Source of the DNA: Candidatus Eiseniibacteriota bacterium
Lineage (GTDB): Bacteria; Eisenbacteria; RBG-16-71-46; JABDJR01
Assembly (NCBI GenBank): GCA_963762255.1
Contig: CAVXKA010000002.1
Location: 544,001 to 608,000, forward strand
Length of the DNA: 64,000 nucleotides
Direction of reading: 5' to 3'
This document shows, piece after piece, positions 39,680-49,726 of the stretch (within the stretch, counting starts at the first letter, position 1; every line of letters starts with the position of its first letter). The notes under the pieces were generated by a model. That model was not told where the DNA came from, did no database searches, and saw only the letters and a list, made by a program, of their open reading frames with translations. A program made the position numbers and the translations under genes.

Positions 39680-40279
39680 ATGACGAAGGGAACGATCGTG
39701 GCGGCTGAGAAGACGACCGTGACGCAGGGTCCGCAGCATCCCACCTGGAACGGGGCGACGGCGGCGCGCAGCATCGAGGAATCGGTGCACCAGGGGCTTC
39801 TCAAGCCCTGCCGCGCGCTGGTGCTGGGAGCCGACATGATCGAGGAAGCGGCGGCGCTCTCCAAGCTCGGCTTCGAGGTTCTGGTGACGGACGCCTCCAG
39901 CGAGGCGCTCTCTCGCGCCAGCCACGCCGTGCATGCGCAAGGCGGGAAGATCGGAGCCGTTCACGCGGACTTCTTCAAGGTCCGCCAGTATTTCTACGGT
40001 TCGGTCGAACTCATCGTCGAGCGCACGATGCTGCCGGGTCTCCCTCCGATCCGTCGCGCCGACTGGTCCTACACGGTGAACCGCTGTCTTCCCAAGGACG
40101 GCCACCTCTTCGGCCTCTTCCGCGTGGGGCGCGGCGTCGAGGGACCTCCCTATTCGATGACCGGCGATGAGGTGAAGAAGATGCTGAGCCGGCTCGTCGA
40201 GCTCCAGACGTTTGCGCAGGTCGGCAACGCGGGGCCGGGCCGCGATCAGGCCTGGATGGGCATCTTCCGGAAGAAGTAG
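39680..40279 (+). CDS. Thiopurine methyltransferase-like protein (degenerate motif I)
   Basis: ADFF, ERTML, GPPY motifs; LVLGAD in place of a Gly-rich motif I. Confidence 0.6.
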   Translation: MTKGTIVAAEKTTVTQGPQHPTWNGATAARSIEESVHQGLLKPCRALVLGADMIEEAAALSKLGFEVLVTDASSEALSRASHAVHAQGGKIGAVHADFFKVRQYFYGSVELIVERTMLPGLPPIRRADWSYTVNRCLPKDGHLFGLFRVGRGVEGPPYSMTGDEVKKMLSRLVELQTFAQVGNAGPGRDQAWMGIFRKK

Positions 40280-40292
40280 CGGCGCGGTCCCG

Positions 40293-43200
40293 CTACGCCT
40301 CCCCCATCGCCTCGCGCGCGGAGAAGTAGCGCGCGTCCGGGTGATGGAAGACGAGCGCGGAGACGCTCGCCTCCGGCTCCATCATGAACCCGTCGGTCAG
40401 CTCCACGCCGATGTGGCGATCCGGCTCGAGCAACCGCCACAGGGTCGCCTGGTCCTCCAGGTTGGGGCACGCCGGATAGCCGAAGGAAACCCGAATGCCC
40501 TGGTAACGACCCTGGAAGAGATCCTTGTTGCTGAGCCCCGCAGGGTCCGGAAAACCCCAGAGAGAGCGCAAGCGCTGATGCACCAACTCGGCCATGCCCT
40601 CCGCGCACTCGATGGCCAGCGCCTGGAGCGCGTACGACTTCAGGTATTCGCCGGCGTTCTTCCACGCCTCGGCCTGCTCGCGCACGCCCGCGCCGCTGGT
40701 GGTGACGAATGCGGCGAGGTAGTCCGCGCGCCCCGCCTCGCGCGGCGCGACCCAGTCCGCCAGACAGAGCCGATCGCGATCGCCCTGGCGCGGGAAGTCG
40801 AAGCGGGCGATCTCCACGCCGCCCGGAGCATCGGCCAGCACAACGGCGTTCCCTTCCGACCACGCGGCGAAGAATCGGTAGAGACCGCGCGGCTTCATGA
40901 TGTCGAGCCGGCTCGCCTCGTCCTTCAACTCCTCGACCGCCTTCTCGAGCTTCGCGGTCTTCACGTCCCCGCTCGCGCGGAGCCGCTCGATGGAGCCCCG
41001 CACTCCGAGGTGCTTGGCGTAGAGCATCTGCGGGTTCACGTACGGAAACACGTCGCTCAATCCAACGTCATCCACAACGTGTAGCTTCAGGTCCGGCGGC
41101 GCCGGCACGTTCGACCTCACGCCAGCCGGGCACGACGTCCGGCGCACCCGAAACAACCACCGGCGCCTCGGCAACCTCCACCACCCCTCGCAGCGCACGC
41201 GCGGCCAGGAGAGCCTCCCGCCGCGCCGGATCCATCAGGTGATTCGCCACATCGAGCCCGTCCATGGCGTCGCGGCAGTAGATGACCGGGCCGTCGTACT
41301 CGACCGCAATCCGGGTCGAGGTGAACTTGCGGGTGAGCGCCGCGCCTCCCACCAGGATCGGTGTGGAGATCCCGGCATCGCGCAGGTCCTGCGCCGTCAC
41401 CGTCATCTGCTGCGCCGACTTCACCAGCAGCCCGGAGAGCCCGATCATGTCCGGCCGGTGCTCCTCCACCGCCGCGATCAGGCTCGACGGCGGCACCTTG
41501 ATGCCCAGGTTGACGATGGTGTAGCCGTTGTTGCCGAGCACGATCTCGACCAGATTCTTGCCGATGTCGTGCACGTCCCCCTTCACGGTGGCGAGCAAGA
41601 GCTTGCCGCGACTGCGCGTGTCCGCCTTCTCCATGTGCGGCTCGAGGTGCGCGACCGCCGCCTTCATCGCCTCCGCACTCTGCAGCACCTCGGCCACGAT
41701 CAGCTCGTTGGCGTTGAAGAGCCGCCCTACTTCATCCATTCCTTTCATCAGCGGGCCGTTGACGATCTCTAGCGGCTTGTACTTCGCCAGCGCAAGATCC
41801 AGGTCGGCGAGCAGTCCATCGCGACTCCCCTGGATGATGTAGTCCGCAAGCCGCTCCTCCAACGACCGGCTCTCCGCCTTGACCGGCGTGCGTACCTTCT
41901 TCTGGTCACGGTAGAACGCGGCGAAGGCACCTATCGGATCGGCGCCGCGGTTGTACAGCAGATCCTCCGCAAGGCGTCGCTCTTCCTCGGGGATCAACGC
42001 GTAGCGCTCCAGCTTCTCGCTGTTGACGATGGCCAGGTCGAGGCCCGCCGCCACGCACTGGTGCAGAAACACCGAGTTCAGCACCTCGCGCCCGGCGGCC
42101 GGAAGCCCGAACGAGACGTTGCTGATGCCAAGCAGCGTCTTGGCGCGCGGGAAGCGCGCCTTGATGAGCCGCACCCCTTCGATCGTCTCCACCGCGCTCC
42201 CCACGTAGTTCGCATCGCCGGTAGCGCAGGGGAAGACCAGCGGGTCGAAGATGAGATCCTCTTCGTGCATCCCGTACTTGCCGGTCAACAATGCGTGCGC
42301 GCGCTCGGCAATCGCCAGCTTGCGCTCCCGCGTGACCGCCATGCCCTGCTGCGCATCCTCGTCGATGCAGCCGACGATGAGCGCCGCCCCAAATCTGCGC
42401 GCCAGCGGCACAACCTTCGCAAACCGCTCCTCCCCATCCTCCAGGTTCACCGAGTTGATGATCGACTTCCCCTGGCACTGGCGGAGCGCGCGATCGAGCA
42501 CGTGCGCGTCGGTCGAGTCGAGCATGAGCGGGACCTTCACCTTGCGCGTGAGCCGGTCTAAGAACCGCGTCATGTCCTCGAGTTCGTTGCGATCGGGATC
42601 GGCGAGGCACGCGTCCAGCACGTGCGCGCCCCCCTTTACCTGGCGGCGTCCGATCTCGGCCGCATCCTCGTAGGCCTCGGCCTGGATCAGCTCCTTGAAC
42701 TTGCGGCTGCCGATCACGTTCGTGCGCTCACCCACGATGATCGGGCGGTTCTCCTCCTCCAGCGACAGGAACTCGATCCCGGACACCCGCGAGAAGCGCT
42801 TCGACGCCGGCACCGGCACGCGAGGCGCTTTCCCTTCCATCGCGCGAACGAGAGCACGGATGTACTCGGGCGTCGTGCCGCAGCAGCCGCCCACGAAGTT
42901 GACCCACCCGTGATCGGCAAAGCGCGCGAGTACCTCGGCGATCCGCTCCGGCGATTCGTTGTAGCAGCCATTCTCGTCGGGAAGACCTGCGTTGGGCACC
43001 ACCGAGACGTAGCACTCGGCGATGGCGGCGAGCGAGCGGATGTGGTCGGTCATGAACGCGGGGCCGGTCGCGCAGTTCAATCCAATCGCGAACAGATCCA
43101 GGTGCTCGAGGCTCGTGTAGAGCGCGTCCACGCTCTGGCCGGCGAGCATGGTGCCCATCGGCTCGATGGTGCCCGAAACGGCCAGCGGCACGCGGCGTCC

Positions 43201-43785
43201 CGCGATCTCGTAGGCCTCGGTCACGCCCAAGGCGCCCGCCTTGACGTTTAGGGTGTCCTGGGCGGTCTCGAGGATCAGGAAGTCTGCACCCCCCTCCAGG
43301 AGCCCGACCGCCTGCTCGCGATAATGAGCGAGCATCTCGTCGAAGGTGGCGCCGCCGGTGACCGAGATCGTCTTCGTGGTCGGCCCCATGCTCCCGGCCA
43401 CGAAGCGCGGCTTCAACGCAGTGGAGTATTGCGCGGCCATGCGGCGCGCGATTCCCGCCGCCACGCGCGAGATCTCGCGCGCCCGTTCGCCCAGCCCGTA
43501 CTCGGCGAGCACGAGCGGCGTCGAGCCGAAGGTGTTGGTCTCGATGATGTCGGCGCCGGCCTCGAGAAAGCCGCGGTGCACCGTCTCCACCGCCTCCGGC
43601 TTCACCAGGTTCAGCATCTCGTTGCAGCCTTCGTACTCGGGGCCGCCGAAATCCTCCGCACTCAGGTTCATGCTCTGGAAAGAGGTGCCCGTCGCCCCGT
43701 CGAAGACGAGGATCCGCTCGCCGAGAAGCTTCCGCAGAAGCGCGAGGCGCTCCGCGTCCTCGCGGAGCCGGTCACGATGGGTCAA
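40293..43785 (-). CDS. metH: B12-dependent methionine synthase (+1 frameshift near 41120-41150)
   Basis: DGATGT, GGCCGT, GERTN, DVHDIGKN; activation domain RVSFGYPACP...PEASVS..HHPDARYF in the next frame. Confidence 0.93.
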
Positions 43786-43834
43786 CGGGGTCTCCTTTGC
43801 CTGAATGCGCCGACGGTCCGATTGTGCTTGTCGG

Positions 43835-45064
43835 CTACGGAGCCGGGAAGAGGAACCTGAGAATCTCGTCCACCCGCTCCGCCCACGCTGCCTCGTTGTG
43901 CATCGCTCCCGCGGCTTCCATGTAGTCTAGGTCCTGGCCAAGCACCCAACCCTGTTGCACCAGGGCGTCGCGCAGCGCTCGCGCGCCCGAGATCGCCTCC
44001 GCACCCTCGCCGGTTCCCATGTCCAGCCAGATGCGACTCGCTACCTTGGGCTGCGCCGTCACCCGCTGAACGATGTACCCGTTCCCCCACCACACCGACG
44101 GCGACACCACGCCGATGCGCGAGAAGGTCTCCGAGTGGGTGAGCGCGAAGTACATGGAGACGAGTCCGCCGAGCGAGGAACCCGCCACGCCGGTGTTCGC
44201 GCGATCCGGCAACGTGCGATACGTACCGTCGATGAAGGGCTTCAGCTCCTCGACAAGGAACCGGCCATAGTTGTCCGCGTTCCCGCCTCCGTGTGGCTGG
44301 TCCGCGACCGGCGTGTACTCGGCAATCCGATCCGCCGTGTTGTAGACGCCCACCACGATCAGGGGTTCGATCTCGCCCGTGGAGATCAGATCCTCCGCGA
44401 TCTCATCGACGTGCCACTCGCCGACGAACGATGTCGCCGCGTCGAAGATGTTCTGACCGTCGTGCATGTAGAGGACGGGATAGCGCCGCGTAGGATTCGT
44501 CTCATAGCCGGGGGGGAGGTAGACGATCACGCTACGCGTGCGGGTCAGAAAGCGGCTCGCGATGTTCTCAAGAAGGTGGATGTCGCCGGTCAGGGTCGAT
44601 TCGCCATGTCCCCCCTCGCCCCAGTCCCGCCAGTTCGCGACCACGACGTTGACCGTCTCCGGACCGGCCACGGTGAGGCGCCGGTTGGAAATCTCCGAGC
44701 CGTCCGCCCCCTTCTCCACCGTCTCCCACCCGCCGCGCGTCACCTTGAACTCGAGCTGGGTGCCCGGGTCGAACTTCTGGCGCGCCTCATGGATTCCGCT
44801 CGGAAGCCGCTGTGTCTTCAACCCCTGACCATTCCAATTGCCCAGCGCGGGGTGATTGCCGGAGATCCACACGCTCGCCGTGTCCGGGGTGCCGGCAGGC
44901 ACGCTTACGTGGAACGTGATCACGCTATCGGCCAGCGCGGCCGGCTTGGTCGGTTTGGAGTCGCTCGTGTCGCAGCCTATTGCCATCAGAAGCCCCACTG
45001 TTCCAAAGAAAACCAACGGCGCGCCGAGCCACGCCCTCCTCCCCCGTCCCGCCACGTGCCGCAT
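43835..45064 (-). CDS. Lipoprotein: CBM20-like domain + alpha/beta hydrolase esterase
   Basis: Lipobox AIGC, ISGN..LGNW, EFKVTRG.W, LYMHDGQN, GSSLGG, HNE.AW. Confidence 0.85.
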   Translation of the reverse strand: MRHVAGRGRRAWLGAPLVFFGTVGLLMAIGCDTSDSKPTKPAALADSVITFHVSVPAGTPDTASVWISGNHPALGNWNGQGLKTQRLPSGIHEARQKFDPGTQLEFKVTRGGWETVEKGADGSEISNRRLTVAGPETVNVVVANWRDWGEGGHGESTLTGDIHLLENIASRFLTRTRSVIVYLPPGYETNPTRRYPVLYMHDGQNIFDAATSFVGEWHVDEIAEDLISTGEIEPLIVVGVYNTADRIAEYTPVADQPHGGGNADNYGRFLVEELKPFIDGTYRTLPDRANTGVAGSSLGGLVSMYFALTHSETFSRIGVVSPSVWWGNGYIVQRVTAQPKVASRIWLDMGTGEGAEAISGARALRDALVQQGWVLGQDLDYMEAAGAMHNEAAWAERVDEILRFLFPAP

Positions 45065-45172
45065 GCGCGCTCTCCTCTTCACGGTTTCGATGGACCCGCC
45101 GAGGCCCAATTCTACTCCCGCCGCTAAAAAAGATGGACGATTGCCGCAATTTCCGCTACTTCTGCTGTCACG

Positions 45173-46180
45173 ATGACGACGACACCCGCGCCCCCCCGTC
45201 TTGGGGCGCCTCTCGAATTCTGCTGGGAGATTCTCCCGCACGTCTCGCGGACGTTCGCGCTGACCATTCCCGCGCTCAGGGAACCGCTCCGCGACCGGGT
45301 GGGGATCGCCTACCTCCTGTGCCGGATCGCCGACACCGTCGAGGACCGCCCCGACCTCGCTCCCCCGGTCCGCCGCGCGCTCTTCGGCTGCCTCCAGCAC
45401 CTCGCCGCGGACCCCCGCGACCAGACCGCCCGGCACGATCTGCAGGCCATGTGGCCGCCGCTCGACGATCTTCAGCACGAACGGCTGGTGCGCCGAGCCG
45501 CCGACATCCTGGATCCCTACGCGGATCTCGACGACCCGCCGCGACGGGCCATCGGCGCGTGCCTCACCGAGATGATCGCCGGCATGTCCGCCTACCCCGG
45601 CCCCGCCGACGCCCGGGCTCCGATCCACGCCTGTCGCGATCTGGACGACCTCGAGCACTACTGCCATGTGGTGGCGGGAACGGTGGGGATTTTGCTTTCG
45701 CGACTCTTCGCCATGGAGCTTCCGGACGAGGGGTGGCTCACGCCGGAGCGACTCGAGGACGGGCGCCGGTTCGGGCTTGGGCTGCAGATCACCAATGTCC
45801 TCAAGGACCACGCGGCGGACGCCCACCGAGGCATCTGTTACGTGCCCAAGGCGTACCGGGATCCTGAGACCGGCGTCCTCACCTCCGACGGGCTGCACAT
45901 GCTGATTCAGCGTGCGGTGGGCCACCTCGAGGCGGCGCAGCGATACGCGGTGTCCCTGCCCGCGGCCCACGCGGACATGCGGCTCTTCTGCCTCTGGGCT
46001 GCGCACCTCGCGCTCGGCACGCTCGGGCAGATCGCGCGCTTCCGCGAGGGGGAGGGAACCCCGAAGCTGGAGCGCGCCGCGGTCGGCCAGATCCTCGATC
46101 GCGCGCGGGAGCAGGTGGCCAACGACGCCGCGCTGCACGATCTCTTCGAGGAGTACCGCCGGGCGGTGTTCGTCTCGTAG
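45173..46180 (+). CDS. Squalene/phytoene synthase family protein
   Basis: VSRTFALTI, RIADTVED, YCHVVAGTVG, GLGLQITNVLKD. Confidence 0.9.
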   Translation: MTTTPAPPRLGAPLEFCWEILPHVSRTFALTIPALREPLRDRVGIAYLLCRIADTVEDRPDLAPPVRRALFGCLQHLAADPRDQTARHDLQAMWPPLDDLQHERLVRRAADILDPYADLDDPPRRAIGACLTEMIAGMSAYPGPADARAPIHACRDLDDLEHYCHVVAGTVGILLSRLFAMELPDEGWLTPERLEDGRRFGLGLQITNVLKDHAADAHRGICYVPKAYRDPETGVLTSDGLHMLIQRAVGHLEAAQRYAVSLPAAHADMRLFCLWAAHLALGTLGQIARFREGEGTPKLERAAVGQILDRAREQVANDAALHDLFEEYRRAVFVS

Positions 46181-46230
46181 GTTTCGGCGCGACCCGCGCG
46201 CCGGGGCGGCTAGTGACAGCCGCCGGAGCC

Positions 46231-46419
46231 TCAGGTCGGGGTGAACCGAGGCGCATCGCTCCCGTGCCCGCCGCCGATGTTGGGGGCGCTCACAAGCCGC
46301 TTGGCCCCGGGCTTGCCGCACTTCGGGCAGACCACGCCGTCGCGATCCCGCTCCGAGATCATCAGGTTCTCTTCGAAGGTGTGCCGGCAGACCGGACACT
46401 GGAAATCGTAGTTGGGCAT
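46231..46419 (-). CDS. FmdB family zinc-ribbon protein
   Basis: MPNYDFQCPVC..FE...CPKCG..RLVS; AGGAG RBS. Confidence 0.88.
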   Translation of the reverse strand: MPNYDFQCPVCRHTFEENLMISERDRDGVVCPKCGKPGAKRLVSAPNIGGGHGSDAPRFTPT

Positions 46420-46435
46420 CCTCACTCCTTCACTT

Positions 46436-47740
46436 TCACCAGGCGGATGGATGCAGACCGGCCGGGGCGGTCACACTCGCCGCGGCGCTCCACCCCGCCA
46501 CGTACCCGCTGGACCAGGCCCACTGAAAGTTGTAGCCGCCGATCCGCCCGTCCACGTCGAGGATCTCGCCGCAAAGGTGGAGGCCGGGGCAGATCCTGGA
46601 TTCCATCGTCTCCAGGCGGATCTCACCGAGGGGAACACCGCCCGCCGTCACCTCGGCGTAGCGGAACCCGCGGCTCCCTGTTATCGGCAGTCGAAGCTCC
46701 GACACCGCGCGGACGAAGGCCACGCGAGTCTCGCGGGTGAGCGTGGCGCCGGTCTCGCCCCCGGAGAGGCCCGCCTCTGCGCCAAGCGCTCTGGCCAGGC
46801 GCTCGGGGAGGCGCCGGCTCAAGGCCGCCACCGGCGACCGGCCTTCGAGGGATCGCAGCCACCGCTCCAGAGTCTCGCGCGTCTCTCCGGGGAGCCAGTT
46901 GACGACGAGATGCGCCTCGGGGTCCTCCGCGACCGCGTCCAGGTAGTAGCGGCTGATGTCGAGAACACCGGGGCCGGAGAGACCGAAATGCGTGCACAGG
47001 ATCGAGTCGGTGAAGCCGACGAGCCGCTTCCCGCCCGACGCGCGCAGCTCGATCGCGGCGGGGACACTCACCCCGCTCAGCCCGCAGAGGAAGTGACCCG
47101 AGGGCAGTGTGAGAGGAACAAGCGCGGGCAGCAGTCGCGGCGTGAGCGTATGCCCTAGCGATCGGGCGATCGCGAACCCGGCTCCGTCCGAACCGGATCG
47201 GGGGAGACTCTTGCCGCCGGTGGCGAGGACGACTCGCCGGGCGCGCAACTCCCCTTCGCTCCCGGCGAGGGCGAACCCGTCTTCTTCCCGGCGAATCGAC
47301 TCCACTCGCCATGGATGCCGCAGTTCGGCGCCAGCGTCGTCCGACGCGCGCAAGAGTGCGTCGAGCACGGTACGCGCGCGGTCATCGACCGGGAAGAGTT
47401 TGCCCCCCTCTTCACGCTTCAGCGTCACGCCCAGCTCTTGGAAGAAGGCCACCGTGCGGGGCACGTCAAAGCGTAAGAGGACTTTGCGGATGGCGTTTCG
47501 CGAGGAGCCGGCGAAGGCGAGTGGATCCACGACATCGTGGGTCACGTTGCAGCGCCCGCCGCCGGAGACGAGGATCTTCGCGCCGATCTTCCCGGCACCA
47601 TCAAGGAGGAGAACCCGCGTGTCGGATCCCGCCAGTGCGCGTCCCCCGCGCGCCTCAGCCGCGCGACGCCCGGCCCAGATCGCAGCCATGAGCCCGGCCG
47701 CGCCGGCGCCCACCACCACGGTTTCTGCTTGGACGTTCAT
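46436..47740 (-). CDS. HI0933/BaiN family flavoprotein
   Basis: GAGAAG, KILVSGGGRCNVT, THFGLSGP, VTAGGV, GGYNFQWA. Confidence 0.92.
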   Translation of the reverse strand: MNVQAETVVVGAGAAGLMAAIWAGRRAAEARGGRALAGSDTRVLLLDGAGKIGAKILVSGGGRCNVTHDVVDPLAFAGSSRNAIRKVLLRFDVPRTVAFFQELGVTLKREEGGKLFPVDDRARTVLDALLRASDDAGAELRHPWRVESIRREEDGFALAGSEGELRARRVVLATGGKSLPRSGSDGAGFAIARSLGHTLTPRLLPALVPLTLPSGHFLCGLSGVSVPAAIELRASGGKRLVGFTDSILCTHFGLSGPGVLDISRYYLDAVAEDPEAHLVVNWLPGETRETLERWLRSLEGRSPVAALSRRLPERLARALGAEAGLSGGETGATLTRETRVAFVRAVSELRLPITGSRGFRYAEVTAGGVPLGEIRLETMESRICPGLHLCGEILDVDGRIGGYNFQWAWSSGYVAGWSAAASVTAPAGLHPSAW

Positions 47741-47829
47741 GCATCAACTCCCGGGGGAGAGATCCTTCGATGCGACAGGGATGGTATCATCGCGCGTCGA
47801 GTCGGGACGCTCTCCAGTGGAGGAAGACC

Positions 47830-48645
47830 GTGATCGAGCCGAAGTCGGAGACCCTCGAGCAGACCCTGGCCCGTGACGACGTTCACGAGCAATGGGACCA
47901 GGATTACCGATCCCCCGAGAGCCTGGAGTATCTCGATCGAGTGCTGGATCGTCTGATCCCGATCCTGACCGCCAAACCAGGCGCGGTCATCCTGGACGCG
48001 GGCTGCGGTACGGCAGTGAACGCCATCCAGCTTGCCCGGAGAGGATTCCGCGTGGAGGGCGTGGACTTCTCGGATGCCGTCCTGCGGACGGCTCGAACGA
48101 ACGTCGAGAGTGCCGGGATGTCGGACATGATCCATCTCCGGCAGGGGAATCTCCTTTCCCTTTCCTTCCCGGACGAGTCCTTCGACACCGTCGTGTGCTG
48201 GGGCGTCCTGATGCACATCGCGGAGATCGAACAGGCGCTCTCCGAGCTCGCGCGCGTCCTCAAACCGGGGGGCCGGCTGGTAGTGGGCGAGATCAACATG
48301 CACTCCCTGCAGAGGATCAGCTTCGTGACCCTCGCGCGGCTCCTTGGACGGAGCAGGACCCCGGAGACCAGAACCCCTGCCGGGATGGAGTGCTGGTTTG
48401 AGACGTCGGCGGGAACACTGCTGAGACGGCACACGGATATCCGTTGGCTGACGCGGGCGATGGAGGACAGAGGGCTGACGCTGGTCAAGCGGCTCCCGGG
48501 TCAATTCACGGAGCTCTACCTGAAGACGCGGTCCCGACGCACCAAGGTCTGCATCCAGCGATTCAACATCTTCTGGGTCAGGTTTATCCGCGAACCTCGA
48601 TTGGCCTTCGGGAATGTCCTGGTCTTTCAGAAGACCCGGATCTAA
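47830..48645 (+). CDS. Class I SAM-dependent methyltransferase
   Basis: ILDAGCGT, GVDFS, FD.V.C..VLMH, RVLKPGG. Confidence 0.88.
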   Translation: MIEPKSETLEQTLARDDVHEQWDQDYRSPESLEYLDRVLDRLIPILTAKPGAVILDAGCGTAVNAIQLARRGFRVEGVDFSDAVLRTARTNVESAGMSDMIHLRQGNLLSLSFPDESFDTVVCWGVLMHIAEIEQALSELARVLKPGGRLVVGEINMHSLQRISFVTLARLLGRSRTPETRTPAGMECWFETSAGTLLRRHTDIRWLTRAMEDRGLTLVKRLPGQFTELYLKTRSRRTKVCIQRFNIFWVRFIREPRLAFGNVLVFQKTRI

Positions 48646-48654
48646 TAAGAAATA

Positions 48655-48732
48655 TGGTGTCCCCAACGGGATTCGAACCCGTGTCGCCAGCGTGAAAGGC
48701 TGGTGTCCTAGGCCAGACTAGACGATGGGGAC
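48655..48732 (-). tRNA. tRNA-Glu (UUC)
   Basis: GTCCCCA/TGGGGAC acceptor stem, anticodon arm CCAGC-CTTTCAC-GCTGG, GGTTCGAATCC T-arm, encoded CCA. Confidence 0.97.
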
Positions 48733-48776
48733 GAGAATGAGGCAGAGCGTGTCGGGCCGGCCAAAACCGGGCAAGA

Positions 48777-48805
48777 AAGTTATCAGCGCACCCAACCTGG
48801 GTCAA
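48777..48805 (-). promoter_or_regulatory. Sigma-70 promoter for tRNA-Glu
   Basis: TTGACC-17 nt-TAACTT. Confidence 0.6.
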
Positions 48806-48813
48806 CTGAAGGC

Positions 48814-48843
48814 AAAAAAAAGGCCGGGGGGTGATCCCCGGCC
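48814..48843 (-). terminator. Rho-independent terminator ending the putative ncRNA
   Basis: GGCCGGGG-ATCACC-CCCCGGCC followed by T8. Confidence 0.85.
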
Positions 48844-49016
48844 CCGCTCCAGACTGGAACCGGGCGTAGGCACCCGGCTGGAGGGCAACCAGTCCGAAGA
48901 CTGAATCGCGCGCTATCGCACGACCTCTTGGCAGAGTAGCTTGGGGGTCTCAAGAGGGATGAGCAAGGACCGCGATGCATCGCGATCAGCTTCGCAGAGA
49001 CCTATCCAAGTTACTC
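48814..49016 (-). ncRNA. Putative structured small RNA (~200 nt), family not recognised
   Basis: Own promoter and terminator; predicted +1 coincides with the first base of the closing helix; multiple stable hairpins; no RBS-led ORF. Confidence 0.7.
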
Positions 49017-49022
49017 GACGTG

Positions 49023-49050
49023 ATTATAGCAGCCCCCCGCTTTGAGTCAC
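49023..49050 (-). promoter_or_regulatory. Extended -10 sigma-70 promoter for the putative ncRNA
   Basis: GTGACT-16 nt-TATAAT with TGn immediately before the consensus TATAAT. Confidence 0.7.
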
Positions 49051-49062
49051 CAAAAAAGACCG

Positions 49063-49677
49063 TTAACGATACCTTCGTATCAGACCAACAACTATCCCGA
49101 CGATCTTCAACTCTTTTGGGTTCCGTATCACGATGGGATCCATCTTCGCGTTCTCTGGCAAGAGCCGAAGCTTATCCCCTTTCCTTTCAAAGCGTTTCAC
49201 GGTGGCCTCATCCTCGATCATGGCCACCACGATATCCCCGCTCGCCGCCGTCTTCTGAGGCCGGACGAGGATCTGATCCCCCGGGCAGATATGGGCCTCG
49301 ATCATGCTTTCGCCCTGAACCTCCAACAGGAAATTGCCCTCTCCCTTGAGCAGACCCTGATCCAGAGTGATTCGGTCGGAGATGTTCTCCTGCGCCAGGA
49401 TGGGCTCACCTGCGGCAATCCGGCCGACCACCGGGACACTCTGCCCGGCCGCCGTCGGCCGCGGTCCCATGATCTCGATTCCGCGTGACCGGTCACGTGT
49501 CCTGGCGATGTAGCCCTTCCGCTCCAGCGCCAGGAGATGGTCGGACGCCGCCCGCGTACTCTTCATGCCGAACTCGGAGCAGATTTCCCGCAAGGTGGGC
49601 GGGTACCCGTGATTCTCCAGATGGCTCGCGAGGTACTCGTAGATCTCCTGCTGACGCGGAGTCAGGTTATGCATCAC
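49063..49677 (-). CDS. lexA: SOS repressor LexA
   Basis: LTPRQQEI..GYPPTLREI wHTH, IAAG cleavage site, GESM (Ser), TVKR (Lys). Confidence 0.97.
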   Translation of the reverse strand: MMHNLTPRQQEIYEYLASHLENHGYPPTLREICSEFGMKSTRAASDHLLALERKGYIARTRDRSRGIEIMGPRPTAAGQSVPVVGRIAAGEPILAQENISDRITLDQGLLKGEGNFLLEVQGESMIEAHICPGDQILVRPQKTAASGDIVVAMIEDEATVKRFERKGDKLRLLPENAKMDPIVIRNPKELKIVGIVVGLIRRYR

Positions 49678-49726
49678 GTCCTCCCAAGACGGGCGTTGAT
49701 CCAGGTCGGCCCCGCCTGAAGCCGAT

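Noticed and set aside
40293-41198. Separate MetH activation-domain gene
   Set aside because: No convincing RBS or start; removing one base fuses it to metH, and similar indels recur in the window
43786-43834. Riboswitch upstream of metH
   Set aside because: Intergenic space is about 50 bp with no SAM or cobalamin aptamer motifs
48783-48980. 65-aa ORF within the putative ncRNA
   Set aside because: No RBS, ATG buried in a hairpin, and the ORF runs through the terminator and the tRNA promoter
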